Positions 1 through 10,449 of a stretch of 38,652 nucleotides of DNA are shown here, in pieces. The stretch is from a virus (lineage: Duplodnaviria; Heunggongvirae; Uroviricota; Caudoviricetes), in IMG/VR virus record IMGVR_UViG_2695420676_000011, one strand, 5' to 3'. Positions within the stretch are counted from its first letter, which is position 1. Each line of letters opens with the position of its first letter. Position numbers and translations under genes: made by a program. The notes under the pieces are model-generated. The model saw only the letters and a program-made list of their open reading frames with translations, was not told the origin of the DNA and searched no databases.

Positions 1-288
1 TCAATGGTTGGCGTCATTATCTTTTTCTCTTTCTGAACGTGAATATTGCGGTGGACGGTTCATCAGCTGTGGGGCAAGACGTTTTGCCACCTGAAGAATA
101 ACCACCACCGCAGCGGGAAGCATGAGCAAAACACCGAGAAAAATCATCAGAATCTGCACTTCTGGCCGAGAAAATGGCTCAGGCAGCGACAGGGAGTCGC
201 TTACCGACAGCAGCGCCACCGCCAGTAGCATCATTCCGATAAATTCCAGTATCAACACGCCTTTAGGCAATTTACCGATCGCGCGCAT
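1..288 (-). CDS. ybjC: Small inner-membrane protein YbjC (DUF1418 family)
   Basis: 95-aa hydrophobic ORF divergent from grxA, matching the conserved ybjC-grxA arrangement of Escherichia; stop codon at 1-3. Confidence 0.75.
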   Translation of the reverse strand: MRAIGKLPKGVLILEFIGMMLLAVALLSVSDSLSLPEPFSRPEVQILMIFLGVLLMLPAAVVVILQVAKRLAPQLMNRPPQYSRSEREKDNDANH

Positions 289-447
289 ACGCTTCCCTCT
301 GCAAAGTGAGCCTTCAGTCTAAAACTTTTCACTGTATTGTGTTTAACAGTTATAGCTTTTAGCAATTAATGCAACAGGTTAAACCTACTTTCAGCGAATA
401 CATTTTAGCGTGATCATTACAGGCATAAATCTATGAGGAGAGAAATA

Positions 448-705
448 ATGCAAACCGTTATTTTTGGTCGTTCGGGTTGCCCTTACTGTGTGCGTGCAAA
501 AGATCTGGCTGAGAAATTGAGCAATGAACGCGATGATTTTCAGTATCAGTATGTAGATATTCGTGCGGAAGGGATCACTAAAGAAGATCTACAACAAAAG
601 GCAGGTAAACCCGTAGAAACCGTGCCGCAGATTTTTGTCGATCAGCAACATATCGGCGGCTATACCGATTTTGCTGCATGGGTGAAAGAAAATCTGGACG
701 CCTGA
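448..705 (+). CDS. grxA: Glutaredoxin 1
   Basis: 85-aa product beginning MQTVIFGRSGCPYCVRAK with the CPYC redox motif; ATG at 448 preferred over the upstream in-frame start of the 433..705 ORF. Confidence 0.9.
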   Translation: MQTVIFGRSGCPYCVRAKDLAEKLSNERDDFQYQYVDIRAEGITKEDLQQKAGKPVETVPQIFVDQQHIGGYTDFAAWVKENLDA

Positions 706-714
706 TCGTCTGAC

Positions 715-747
715 AAGCCCTCGCGTTGAGGGCTTTACTGATTTTTT
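715..747 (+). terminator. Rho-independent terminator downstream of grxA, between convergent grxA and ybjM
   Basis: Hairpin aagccctc-gcgtt-gagggctt followed by a T-run (tactgattttttc). Confidence 0.6.
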
Positions 748-1112
748 CTGTGCTGTGGTTTAAACAAACTACTGATAAATAAGAAACACAGTGCCCCCAG
801 CGCACACCAGAACACCGCGCTTAGTAACCATGCCAGCTCTTGCCAGAATGAGCGCGTCGGTGAAAAAAACAGCCGCATAATGAGCATTGAACAGGGTGCC
901 GCCAGCATTGCGCCAAATAGAGGTTTCAGGACTTCTCTACGCTGTGAAAAGAAACTGGCAACTGCTCCAGGAAGAATGAAAAATAGCAAGCCGATTTCAG
1001 GATGCCCGGCAGCCCGAAAAGCGCCTTTCATGTGCGTCGCCAGAAAAAGGCACACCACAATGAAGAGGACAAAACAGCAGATTGCCCCCGCCCAACGTTG
1101 TTTATGTTTCAC
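735..1112 (-). CDS. ybjM: Inner membrane protein YbjM
   Basis: 125-aa multi-pass hydrophobic protein in the conserved position between grxA and ybjL. Confidence 0.75.
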   Translation of the reverse strand: MKHKQRWAGAICCFVLFIVVCLFLATHMKGAFRAAGHPEIGLLFFILPGAVASFFSQRREVLKPLFGAMLAAPCSMLIMRLFFSPTRSFWQELAWLLSAVFWCALGALCFLFISSLFKPQHRKNQ

Positions 1113-1381
1113 TCGTTCCTCCTGACACTGCGTCTATCGAACACATTTTTCGCCAGTGTGGCGTTCAGTAAGATAAAGCCGCTTCGCATTCCATGCTAAT
1201 ATAGGCCAACGCAATTCATATAGCCGTTGATACCTAATGTGATTACACTAGTAAAATATATTGTTACTTTACTATCGTTTAGGTGCGCTGAATGAATCTG
1301 CGCCCTGAATTCTGGTAAAAAACATTATCGTAAATTACCATTTCTTTCAACAGCTTACTAGTAAACAAGAAGTTAGCCTCC

Positions 1382-3067
1382 GTGAATATAAACGTCGCCG
1401 AATTGTTAAATGGGAATTACATTCTGTTATTATTTGTGGTCCTCGCGCTTGGGCTATGTCTCGGAAAGTTACGACTTGGTTCGATCCAACTGGGTAATTC
1501 CATTGGCGTTTTAGTCGTATCGCTGTTATTAGGCCAACAACATTTCAGCATTAACACCGATGCGCTTAATCTTGGCTTTATGCTGTTTATTTTCTGCGTC
1601 GGGGTCGAAGCCGGACCGAACTTTTTTTCCATTTTTTTTCGCGATGGGAAAAATTACCTAATGTTAGCACTGGTGATGGTTGGCAGTGCGCTGGTGATCG
1701 CCTTAGGGTTAGGTAAGCTGTTTGGCTGGGATATTGGCCTGACGGCCGGTATGTTAGCAGGCTCTATGACGTCGACACCGGTGCTGGTCGGTGCTGGCGA
1801 TACACTGCGTCATTTCGGCATGGAAAGCAGGCAGCTCTCACTGGCACTGGATAATCTGAGCCTCGGGTATGCCTTAACCTATTTAATCGGTCTGGTGAGT
1901 TTGATTGTTGGTGCGCGTTACTTGCCGAAATTGCAGCATCAGGACTTACAGACCAGCGCCCAGCAAATCGCCCGCGAACGTGGCCTGGACACTGATGCCA
2001 ACCGTAAGGTTTATTTACCGGTGATCCGCGCCTATCGCGTCGGCCCGGAGCTGGTGGCCTGGACCGACGGCAAAAATCTGCGTGAACTGGGTATTTATCG
2101 ACAAACCGGCTGCTACATTGAACGTATTCGACGTAACGGGATTCTGGCAAATCCAGACGGTGATGCCGTGCTACAAATGGGCGATGAAATAGCGTTGGTA
2201 GGCTATCCCGACGCCCATGCCCGACTCGATCCCAGCTTCCGTAACGGTAAAGAAGTTTTCGATCGTGACCTTCTCGACATGCGTATCGTCACTGAAGAAG
2301 TGGTCGTTAAAAACCATAACGCTGTAGGTAAACGTCTCGCACAACTGAAGTTGACCGATCACGGTTGCTTCCTTAACCGCGTCATTCGTAGCCAGATTGA
2401 GATGCCGATAGATGACAACGTCGTGCTTAACAAAGGTGACGTTTTACAAGTCAGCGGCGATGCCCGCCGCGTAAAAACCATCGCCGATCGCATCGGCTTT
2501 ATCTCGATTCACAGCCAGGTCACTGACCTGCTGGCATTCTGCGCCTTCTTTGTTATTGGGCTGATGATCGGGATGATCACCTTCCAGTTCAGCACATTCA
2601 GTTTCGGCATGGGGAACGCTGCCGGGTTGTTATTCGCCGGAATTATGCTGGGCTTTATGCGTGCTAACCACCCGACCTTCGGTTACATTCCGCAAGGTGC
2701 ATTAAGCATGGTGAAAGAGTTCGGCTTGATGGTGTTTATGGCAGGCGTTGGTCTGAGCGCCGGTAGCGGTATTAATAACGGCCTGGGCGCGATTGGCGGT
2801 CAGATGTTGATTGCCGGATTAATTGTCAGTCTTGTGCCCGTGGTTATCTGTTTCTTGTTCGGTGCTTATGTATTGCGAATGAACCGCGCACTATTGTTCG
2901 GCGCAATGATGGGCGCACGCACCTGCGCGCCGGCAATGGAGATCATCAGTGATACAGCTCGCAGTAACATCCCTGCGCTGGGCTATGCGGGCACCTACGC
3001 AATCGCCAACGTCCTGCTGACGCTGGCAGGGACAATCATCGTCATGGTATGGCCAGGATTAGGATAA
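1382..3067 (+). CDS. ybjL: Putative AAE-family transporter YbjL (two TrkA-C/RCK_C domains)
   Basis: 561-aa ORF with GTG start and N- and C-terminal membrane domains around a soluble core; length and N-terminus match YbjL. Confidence 0.85.
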   Translation: MNINVAELLNGNYILLLFVVLALGLCLGKLRLGSIQLGNSIGVLVVSLLLGQQHFSINTDALNLGFMLFIFCVGVEAGPNFFSIFFRDGKNYLMLALVMVGSALVIALGLGKLFGWDIGLTAGMLAGSMTSTPVLVGAGDTLRHFGMESRQLSLALDNLSLGYALTYLIGLVSLIVGARYLPKLQHQDLQTSAQQIARERGLDTDANRKVYLPVIRAYRVGPELVAWTDGKNLRELGIYRQTGCYIERIRRNGILANPDGDAVLQMGDEIALVGYPDAHARLDPSFRNGKEVFDRDLLDMRIVTEEVVVKNHNAVGKRLAQLKLTDHGCFLNRVIRSQIEMPIDDNVVLNKGDVLQVSGDARRVKTIADRIGFISIHSQVTDLLAFCAFFVIGLMIGMITFQFSTFSFGMGNAAGLLFAGIMLGFMRANHPTFGYIPQGALSMVKEFGLMVFMAGVGLSAGSGINNGLGAIGGQMLIAGLIVSLVPVVICFLFGAYVLRMNRALLFGAMMGARTCAPAMEIISDTARSNIPALGYAGTYAIANVLLTLAGTIIVMVWPGLG

Positions 3068-3179
3068 AACTGAAGTTGCCCTGAAAATGAAATTTTTTTG
3101 CACAACCGCAGAACTTTTCCGCAGGGCATCAGTCTTAATTAGTGCCACTGCTTTTCTTTGATGTCCCCATTTTGTGGAG

Positions 3180-3222
3180 CCCATCAACCCCGCCATTTCG
3201 GTTCAAGGTTGATGGGTTTTTT
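3180..3222 (+). terminator. Rho-independent terminator about 110 bp downstream of ybjL
   Basis: Perfect 10-bp stem cccatcaacc / ggttgatggg with a 17-nt loop, followed by tttttt. Confidence 0.65.
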
Positions 3223-3302
3223 GTTGCCTGAAATTTATGCCGTTTAAAATCATGACGTTAGAAGCACTGTTTTTTAACGATGGCGACAAAATGGCGGCAG
3301 CG

Positions 3303-3521
3303 TCAAAGAGAGAGCGCCACCTGTCCTGATTTCATTGGATGCGGCTGAACCGGATTTGACTCTTTTGGCGTTGCAATCGAACGAACAAAAGTTTCATGGG
3401 TTACAAAAGTATGGCTGCAGTTAATATTCTGGCACTGGTTGTAACGCTCTTTGGTCAATGAAGATACCTGAAAACTGCTGCGAGTATGGGCGGCACTTCC
3501 ACACAGTGGGCAAATCATCAT
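3303..3521 (-). CDS. ogr: Late transcription activator Ogr/Delta family (C4 zinc finger)
   Basis: MMICPLCGSAAHTRSS...CQNINCSHTF zinc-finger pattern typical of P2 Ogr; start moved to an internal Met with a GGGAGAA RBS. Confidence 0.8.
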   Translation of the reverse strand: MMICPLCGSAAHTRSSFQVSSLTKERYNQCQNINCSHTFVTHETFVRSIATPKESNPVQPHPMKSGQVALSL

Positions 3522-3611
3522 TTTTCGAGTTCTCCCCATTTTTGCTAAATTCACAATAATGATACCGCATTATTCCATTTTGCAAACTTAAAAGTTCTCC
3601 ATTGCGAAGAA

Positions 3612-4712
3612 TCATTCCATTTCGAAATCATCAATCCTCACTTCAAGCTCCAGACTGGTTGTAAAACCGTTATCGGGGCTGACGGTATGCGTCAGAGTCG
3701 TAATGGTCCATTCCGCATCATCTATCGGTTGTTTAAAGCCACTAACTTTCACTGGCATTTCCGTGTAAAGATCTGCCCGCCCTTCCGCCAGTTGTAGCGA
3801 GAATGACGCAACGCCGCGTTGCAGGCGTTCCCACTGCATTTTCGCTGCCCGTTCAGCGTTGCTCCGGTTGGCATAAGTGCGATTAAGTACCAGCACGTTT
3901 TCATCCGTACCCACCAGGTAATCGCCCTGCTTCGCTTCCGGCTCTTTCTTCTGCTTCTTAGTTCTGCGCTTACGCTTCACCGTGGTGCTTTCTTTCTTCG
4001 CAGGTTCGCGGGTATGCAACCAGCTGGCAATTACGCCCGTGTAGGCTCCGCGATCTGCCAGGGTAAAGCGGTGACTGTCGCCGTCCTTGCGTGTGATAGT
4101 GATCACTGGCAGTGGTTTACCAGTGGCGCTTTTGCCCTGCCCCTGCCGGATGAATAACAGATTGCCATTTTTCACCGACGCGATGGCACCGTACTGTCGC
4201 GCCAGCCGCATCAGAAAACTACCGTCACTCTCATTAGTCTGGTCTATATGCTCCACGAGCTTATCCGACAGGTCTTTACCCAGTACCATCTTCAGCTTGT
4301 GCCGCGCGGCTATCTCCTTCACCACTTCCCCAATGGTGGTCTTGTGCCACGATTTTTCACGGCGGGTATTCAGCGTTTCCCGAAAATCAGCACTTCGCGC
4401 CCGGATAGTCAGGCGGTCCGGTGCGCCAGTGTGTTCAATCTCGTCCACCGTGAATGCCCCTTTCGGGAAAAGCGGCTGCCCCTTCCAGCCCAGCGCCAGC
4501 GTAATGACCGCACCACGGCGCGGCAGCACGATTTTCCCGTCGGCATCGTCCAGCTCCAGATCAAGCTGGTCTGCTTCAAAGCCCCGATTGTCCGTCAGAG
4601 TCAGACTCATCAGGCGGTTATCCAGCACAGTGGTGATATCCCTACCCTCAATACTGATGCTGAATGCCGGAGTTTTGTTGCTTTTGTTAAGCAGTTCAGA
4701 GCTGAAATTCAC
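3612..4712 (-). CDS. D: Tail protein gpD (late control gene D)
   Basis: 366-aa product in the P2 gpD position with recalled gpD-like sequence; 4-bp overlap with upstream U. Confidence 0.85.
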   Translation of the reverse strand: MNFSSELLNKSNKTPAFSISIEGRDITTVLDNRLMSLTLTDNRGFEADQLDLELDDADGKIVLPRRGAVITLALGWKGQPLFPKGAFTVDEIEHTGAPDRLTIRARSADFRETLNTRREKSWHKTTIGEVVKEIAARHKLKMVLGKDLSDKLVEHIDQTNESDGSFLMRLARQYGAIASVKNGNLLFIRQGQGKSATGKPLPVITITRKDGDSHRFTLADRGAYTGVIASWLHTREPAKKESTTVKRKRRTKKQKKEPEAKQGDYLVGTDENVLVLNRTYANRSNAERAAKMQWERLQRGVASFSLQLAEGRADLYTEMPVKVSGFKQPIDDAEWTITTLTHTVSPDNGFTTSLELEVRIDDFEME

Positions 4713-5194
4713 GACAGCAGCCCTCCCACCGTTTTACTGATATCGCTTAAGGCAGACGTTGCCGTTTCCTGCAGATTATTCAGTTGCGCACTGAGATCAC
4801 CGAACATATCGGACAGGGATTCATCCACCCGTTTGAGCGACAGGGTGAACTCAATCCGGCGCGGCATACCGTCGCGGAAAAACTCCGTTTTAGTCTGATT
4901 CAGTCCCTCAATCACATACATGCCATAAATCGTGCCGCTGCCTTCAATCAGGGGCCATGCTTTCCCCTGTTCTGCCATCTGCTCCAGTGCCAGCAACGAC
5001 AGCCTGCCACCTGTTATCTCCGGCATAAGAACACCGGAAAGCGTCAGCATGTCGTTGTCCGGTCCCAGAAACTGCGTGGACGGACGTCGGTTTACCCGGC
5101 TGTTTGCCGCATGTCGCCAGCTGCGTTGATACTGCAGCTCCTGATACGGCACGGTGCGCAGCATAAACACGTACAATCCCAGCACCATCATCAT
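4709..5194 (-). CDS. U: Tail protein gpU
   Basis: 161-aa product between T and D, as in P2. Confidence 0.8.
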   Translation of the reverse strand: MMMVLGLYVFMLRTVPYQELQYQRSWRHAANSRVNRRPSTQFLGPDNDMLTLSGVLMPEITGGRLSLLALEQMAEQGKAWPLIEGSGTIYGMYVIEGLNQTKTEFFRDGMPRRIEFTLSLKRVDESLSDMFGDLSAQLNNLQETATSALSDISKTVGGLLS

Positions 5195-6753
5195 GCGTCG
5201 TATCCCCCCTGATCGCTGTAGTTACTCCTGGCTTTTGCCTTCAGCCTACGTTCACGTTCATCAAGCTGGCGGGCCACCTCCCGCGCAATATCCTGCGCAC
5301 TTTGTCCTGGCTGCGTCTGAATGATGATCTGCATCGGTGCCTCAATCCGTTGAACGGGCGGCACAGTGGCTGCACGACTCACCATCGCTTCGCCGCCTTT
5401 CGCGGGAAGTGCCAAAGGGTGCAACGGTGGAAGCTCTGCAGGCGCGGCAGCAACGCCCATCATTCCGGCAACAACGGCAGCCAGTGCAGCTGTATTTCTC
5501 CGGCTGGTCACATTTGCCGGGCCGTTAACAATTTCCGGCCCGTTTTCACCGACGATGCCAAACTGCCCGCGCGGGATATAGCCGCCGCTGTCATACATCC
5601 CCGCAAAGCCATATCCCCATGACGGAAAACCACCCGATGGCATCATCACTTTACCGTCTGCATTCACCGTCGCAGGTTGCTGACGCGTCACGCTTTCCGG
5701 CAGTTTCGCCTTTGCAGCCTCTTTACTGACAATGCCGAGTTTATCCAGCAACCAGGAAACGCCAGATTTCAGGGAGTCCAGCGGATGCATAACCATATTC
5801 AGCCCTTCCGCCAGTGCCTCCCCGAATCGTCGCCCCATTGCCGCTGCGCTCTGCAGTTCGGCAGAAGTCGACTTAACGGGCGTCAGCAGATCAGTAAACC
5901 AGCCCCACAGCGCCTGCACTTTGTCACCAATCCACTGGAACACAGGCTTAAGCGGTTCGAACGCTGCACTGATGGGACCTGCCGCCGCTTTGAATCCTTC
6001 CACCACGCCACCGAGAAATGCGGTGATGGGTTGCCAGTATTTCCAGACAACCAGTGCCACACCCGCCAGTGCAGTAACCACAAGACCTATCGGACTGAGC
6101 AGAGCACCTAACAGACCAGATACGGCATACAGGGCAACGCGCAACATCGCCAGTGGACCAGATGCCAGTACTCGCAGCACCGTGCCTGCGGCAGCCAGCC
6201 CGCCGCGTAGTGCTGCCAGTGGATTCATAAACATCACAGCAACCGCACGTAAACCGGATAATCCAGACCGCAAAAGTGCAACCGGCGCACCTGCTACAGT
6301 TTTCAGGACATTTCCCGTCAGTGATGCCGTGCGGCGCAAAGACGACAACGGCGCAGTAAGTAAACCTGCGGCGTTGCCCGATGAAGCAAGCCCGCGTCGC
6401 AGCAGTGCCAGTGGTGCGCCAGCCAGCCAGGACAACGCGCTGCTGGTTCGAGTTACTGCTGCCGTAACGGAAGATAACGTTTTGATACCCAACACAGAGA
6501 ATCCCAGACGGATCACTGCCAGCGGCCCCAGCACTGCAGCCAGCGCCACCGCTAAGGTGCCGAGGCCGACGGTAACCGCAGCCACAACAGCCGATGCTTT
6601 CATCAGTGTGCCTGTCAGTTCCGGGTTAGCTTCCACCCAGCGACGCAACGCCCCCGTGACGCTTTTCACCGTGTACAGAATATCCATCAGCGGCTGGCGC
6701 AGCGTTTCGCCCAGGCTGCTGAAGGTGTTCTGCGCTCCGGTTTTGACCAGCAA
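5191..6753 (-). CDS. T: Tail tape measure protein gpT, C-terminal segment (separated from N-terminal segment by an in-frame TGA)
   Basis: 520-aa Ala/Gly/Leu-rich ORF beginning at a TTG immediately after the TGA at 6754-6756, in the same frame as 6754..8268. Confidence 0.7.
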   Translation of the reverse strand: MLVKTGAQNTFSSLGETLRQPLMDILYTVKSVTGALRRWVEANPELTGTLMKASAVVAAVTVGLGTLAVALAAVLGPLAVIRLGFSVLGIKTLSSVTAAVTRTSSALSWLAGAPLALLRRGLASSGNAAGLLTAPLSSLRRTASLTGNVLKTVAGAPVALLRSGLSGLRAVAVMFMNPLAALRGGLAAAGTVLRVLASGPLAMLRVALYAVSGLLGALLSPIGLVVTALAGVALVVWKYWQPITAFLGGVVEGFKAAAGPISAAFEPLKPVFQWIGDKVQALWGWFTDLLTPVKSTSAELQSAAAMGRRFGEALAEGLNMVMHPLDSLKSGVSWLLDKLGIVSKEAAKAKLPESVTRQQPATVNADGKVMMPSGGFPSWGYGFAGMYDSGGYIPRGQFGIVGENGPEIVNGPANVTSRRNTAALAAVVAGMMGVAAAPAELPPLHPLALPAKGGEAMVSRAATVPPVQRIEAPMQIIIQTQPGQSAQDIAREVARQLDERERRLKAKARSNYSDQGGYDA

Positions 6754-8268
6754 TCACTGCGCAGAAAGTGAATCCTTGTTAATGTCGGATTCTTTCTGCA
6801 TGGAGCCGAGCGCATCATTGCCCGCTGTCAGTTTTAACTGACGCTGCAGTTCCGGCAGGTTGTTTGCCAGTTTCGCCGCGTCATCGCCAAACTCTTTACC
6901 AAACAACATAGTCATGGCAGACAGGCGCTTGTCCTGCGGCAGCGCGTTTACCTTCTCCAGCACGCGCTGGATGGTTCCCATCGCATCCTTCGTCATCTGC
7001 TTTTCAATCACTTCAGGATTGAGTTTCAGCAGATTCATCCCTTCAAAGAAACTCTTGCTTTGCATGGTGGCAATGGACAATTCACGCACCATCGCGTTTG
7101 CTGCACTGGCTGCAACCTCTGGCGCAGCGCCCAGTGTCAGGAAGGTGGAACCCAGCGCCGCCGCTTTACGATAATCCAGACGGTCAGCCACACCGCCCAG
7201 ACGTTGCATCACATCAATGATGTCTGCCCCTTTCGACATGGCGTTATCATCCAGATAGTTCAGCGCATCACCGAGCTGTTCAATATTGCGGGTGGGGATT
7301 TTGTAGAGCTGGGCGATTTTCCCCAGACTTTCTGACAGTTCATCCGCTGGCAGCTCAAAGGCTGTTGCCGCCTTTGCTGCCGTACTGGCGAAGGCCAGCA
7401 GGTCACGTTTCTGATCTTCCCAGCTGTCGTCAGGGTTTGCGACGTTCATGCGCGCACCACCTTCAACCAGTGCAGCGAAGTCCACCGCACCGTTTTCCAT
7501 CGGCAACTGTTCGCTGGCAGCCTTGATGGCATCCTGCATTTCATAAAAACGTGCAGTGCGGTTGCCATTATCGTCACGCAGACCATTGACCTGCTTTGCC
7601 ACACCTTTCATGGCATCTTCCATGCTGGTATAGCTTTTTACTGCCGCCATCACTGGCGCACCCATTGCCAGCCCTGCAGCCGTGGTGGTGGCTCCGGCAC
7701 CTGCAATACGATCACGCACCTCCAGCGAACGGGCATAACTGGCACGCGCTGCATTCATCCTGCGCTGAGCTTCCCCCAGTCGCTTCAGCCGCGCCTCCTG
7801 TTTCGAAAGTTCCTGGTTATAACGTGATGTTTCACGGGCTAAACGGGCAGTTGCTCCCGCATCGTCTTTCGCAGAAATTCCCGCCCGGTACAGTTCAGCA
7901 CGCACAAGCGCCGTCTGCTGCTGCAGCTTTTTCTGGCGTTCTTCCAGGCGCTGAACAGCCAGCCGTTGACGGCCCAGAGCAACAACCTGACGTTGCGAAG
8001 GCGGCCCCATCGCTCCCAGTTCCTGACTGAGCAAATTTGCACGCTGGCGGGCATAGTTCAGCCTGTCGCCTAATTTCTGATTTTCTGCCTGCAGCTTTCG
8101 GAAGCTGTCCAGACTGCTCCCGGCCTGATCAAGCTGCTTTATTGCATCGCGGGATTTTTTGACAGCAGCAGCCAGTTCTCTTGAACTGGCCTGCGCAGAT
8201 CGAAATGGACGGGTGAGCTTGTCAACCGCATTAAGAATGACCTGCAGACGCAGGTTGTTATCACTCAT
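6754..8268 (-). CDS. T: Tail tape measure protein gpT, N-terminal segment (ends at in-frame TGA)
   Basis: 504-aa coiled-coil-like product starting MSDNNLRLQ; its ATG overlaps the E' stop as in P2. Confidence 0.75.
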   Translation of the reverse strand: MSDNNLRLQVILNAVDKLTRPFRSAQASSRELAAAVKKSRDAIKQLDQAGSSLDSFRKLQAENQKLGDRLNYARQRANLLSQELGAMGPPSQRQVVALGRQRLAVQRLEERQKKLQQQTALVRAELYRAGISAKDDAGATARLARETSRYNQELSKQEARLKRLGEAQRRMNAARASYARSLEVRDRIAGAGATTTAAGLAMGAPVMAAVKSYTSMEDAMKGVAKQVNGLRDDNGNRTARFYEMQDAIKAASEQLPMENGAVDFAALVEGGARMNVANPDDSWEDQKRDLLAFASTAAKAATAFELPADELSESLGKIAQLYKIPTRNIEQLGDALNYLDDNAMSKGADIIDVMQRLGGVADRLDYRKAAALGSTFLTLGAAPEVAASAANAMVRELSIATMQSKSFFEGMNLLKLNPEVIEKQMTKDAMGTIQRVLEKVNALPQDKRLSAMTMLFGKEFGDDAAKLANNLPELQRQLKLTAGNDALGSMQKESDINKDSLSAQ

Positions 8269-8697
8269 CGTTGGCCCCGCTTCTCTGAATCGCTTTATAC
8301 CGCCATTCCAGCACTTCGGTCAGCGGCATAACGTCAGTAACGGATGGCGGCCAGTGAAAAATGGTGGCGATATCTGCCACCAGATCGTCAACCGTCAGGC
8401 TGTCGGTAAACCGGCAAGCACCGACTTCTTCAACAAAAAAGTGACAACCTCAACCGACATGGCAGTGAGATCTGCCGGGTCCATCTCTGCAATTTCCTGT
8501 GCAGTCAGTGCCGGACTGGAGATGCGGGGGATCACGGTCATCATCGCGTTTACATCCATATCCATAATGGCCTGCAGGCGTGTACCGCGCAGCGCACCGG
8601 ACTGCGGTTTACGCAGCACAATTTCGGTGATTTCTGTTTTACCGCGCTTGATGGGGGTATCCAGTTGAATGGTCTTTTCAGTCTGCTTATCGCTCAT
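8261..8697 (-). CDS. E': gpE+E' fusion made by -1 programmed ribosomal frameshift
   Basis: Reading from the slippery site in the -1 frame gives an open extension ending at TGA 8261-8263, overlapping the T start codon. Confidence 0.6.
8395..8697 (-). CDS. E: Tail assembly chaperone gpE
   Basis: 100-aa ORF directly upstream of T with a T_TTT_TTG slippery heptamer near its 3' end. Confidence 0.85.
   Translation of the reverse strand: MSDKQTEKTIQLDTPIKRGKTEITEIVLRKPQSGALRGTRLQAIMDMDVNAMMTVIPRISSPALTAQEIAEMDPADLTAMSVEVVTFLLKKSVLAGLPTA
8434..8440 (-). other. Slippery heptamer T_TTT_TTG for the E/E' -1 frameshift
   Basis: Minus-strand TTTTTTG located 13 codons before the gpE stop. Confidence 0.6.
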
Positions 8698-8751
8698 TTT
8701 GCTGTCCTGTCAATTGGGTTCTGGCGCGGTATCCCGCGCCGTTCAGATATA

Positions 8752-9267
8752 TCAGAGGCCGAGGGCGTTGCGGTGCGCTTCCATCAGGTCCACACCGTCC
8801 ACAATTTCCACCATGTTGATAAGGTCCACTTCATAGAGCACCTCACCATTGATGGTCAGCTTCGCGTAGCTGTTGGTACTGGTCACTTTGGTGGTGTTGC
8901 TTTCGCCCGTCTTCCACTCGCCGGAATCCACTTCTTTGTGACGTCCACGCACGACAAGCTCCACGGCCTGCACTTCCCCGGTATCGTCACGCTGAATAGA
9001 GCCGGTAAAGCGCAGCTGGATGCCATCCACCGTGGCTTTACCCATCTGTTTAAACAGCAGCAATTCAGTACCACCAATGGAAAATTCTGTGTCCAGCGCA
9101 CTGTCATCAAGCCCCAGATCCACATCCACCGCACCCGGCATTCCGCCGCCGCGATACTTCTCATATTTGCGGGTAAATTTCGGCAGCGTCAGCGACTCAA
9201 CGATCCCCTGCCAGTTGTTCCCGTCGTTAAACAGGTTCAGGTGTTTTAATTTGCGTGGTAATGCCAT
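8752..9267 (-). CDS. FII: Tail tube protein gpFII
   Basis: 171-aa product starting MALPRKLKHLNLF, matching recalled P2 FII N-terminus. Confidence 0.9.
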   Translation of the reverse strand: MALPRKLKHLNLFNDGNNWQGIVESLTLPKFTRKYEKYRGGGMPGAVDVDLGLDDSALDTEFSIGGTELLLFKQMGKATVDGIQLRFTGSIQRDDTGEVQAVELVVRGRHKEVDSGEWKTGESNTTKVTSTNSYAKLTINGEVLYEVDLINMVEIVDGVDLMEAHRNALGL

Positions 9268-9276
9268 GTTGTCCCC

Positions 9277-10449
9277 TTACGCGCTGACCTGGCTGGCGAA
9301 ATTCACCAGGTACTGATCGGTGATGCGCTGACGCAGCATCAGGTTTTCAAGTGGCGGCACTGGCGTGTAGTCGTAGTCGATGGTGAGTTTTCCGGCTTTC
9401 AGCGTGTCTTTGTCGTTCACCGACTCATCCAGCCAGCAATCACCACCAATGAGATAGCCCTGACTGACCAGGCTGCGCATTTTGGCGCGGATACCTTCGA
9501 TAATGTCGCGGGCCAGCGACGGGTTAAGCGGTTTATCCACCGCCCACATGTGTGCTTCTGCCATCGTGTCCATCAGCACCTGCGCCGTGCGGGTGTAGTT
9601 TTCGAAGGCAAAGAGCGGGTCATCACTCAGGCAGCGGGAACCCCAGAAGCGGAAACCGTCTTTACGCACAAGCGTGGTGACGTCGTTCTGGTTCAGCAGA
9701 CCTGCATCGGTTGCCGGGTCCTGCAGATCCCAGAACACATCTGCAGAAATTCCGGTGACACCGTTCACGCCCACGTTGGACAGGCTTTTGTGCCATCCGG
9801 TCTGCTCGTCAATTTTGGCGCGCAGACCAAGCGCACGGGCGGTGGCATATGCCGTTGCTTCGGCATTCAGCACCGTGTCCCAACCAGTAAAGTCAGGCCA
9901 GATCAGCATCCCTTCGCGCTGGCTGAAGTTTTCGCGGTAAGTGATCGCCTCCTGCACTGTCTTGCAGCCATACGCTGACAGGTAAGCAAATCCACGCAGG
10001 CGTTGCGCCACGCTCAGCAACTCAGTAGCTACCGCCTTGGTGTCGTGGCCTGGCACGCCGAGAATGCGCGGTTTAACGCCGAGCTGTGACTGGGCAGATA
10101 ACAGGGCTTTCATACCTGTTTTTTTACCTTCAGCAGTCACTGCGCCGATGATATTGGTCGTGGTTTCGTCTTCCGTTTCACCCTGCGGCACACGCACAAC
10201 AATGGTCACGGGTTTTGCCTGGTCAGCGATGGCATCCAGCGAACGGGCCAGAGTACCTGACTCACCCGCTTTACCGCTGGCAGTCAGCACATCAGTGATC
10301 AGCACGGGTTTATTAAGAGGAAACATTTTTGCATCGGCATCATCGCCCGTGCAGACCATACCCACGATGGCGGTGCTCACCGTGGTAATAGATCGGGTGC
10401 CTTCGTTGACTTCAACAACGCGCACCCCGTGGTGGTAATCCTGAGCCAT
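9277..10449 (-). CDS. FI: Contractile tail sheath protein gpFI
   Basis: 390-aa product starting [19 protein letters not shown], resembling P2 FI. Confidence 0.9.
   Translation of the reverse strand: MAQDYHHGVRVVEVNEGTRSITTVSTAIVGMVCTGDDADAKMFPLNKPVLITDVLTASGKAGESGTLARSLDAIADQAKPVTIVVRVPQGETEDETTTNIIGAVTAEGKKTGMKALLSAQSQLGVKPRILGVPGHDTKAVATELLSVAQRLRGFAYLSAYGCKTVQEAITYRENFSQREGMLIWPDFTGWDTVLNAEATAYATARALGLRAKIDEQTGWHKSLSNVGVNGVTGISADVFWDLQDPATDAGLLNQNDVTTLVRKDGFRFWGSRCLSDDPLFAFENYTRTAQVLMDTMAEAHMWAVDKPLNPSLARDIIEGIRAKMRSLVSQGYLIGGDCWLDESVNDKDTLKAGKLTIDYDYTPVPPLENLMLRQRITDQYLVNFASQVSA

Noticed and set aside
433-447. Upstream in-frame start extending grxA by 5 codons
   Set aside because: Glutaredoxin 1 begins MQTVIFG; the ATG at 448 gives the canonical 85-aa protein.
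3421-3615. 64-aa minus-strand ORF overlapping the ogr start region
   Set aside because: Overlaps ogr out of frame and lies in the ogr promoter/leader; no resemblance to known phage proteins.
4087-4898. Two plus-strand ORFs (217 aa and 216 aa) antisense to genes D and U
   Set aside because: Overlap strongly supported tail genes on the opposite strand; compositionally biased, no RBS context.
5732-6841. 369-aa plus-strand ORF antisense to the tape measure gene
   Set aside because: Low-complexity Ala/Ser/Pro/Thr/Arg-rich translation typical of an open antisense frame in GC-rich coding DNA; fully contained within a well-supported minus-strand gene.
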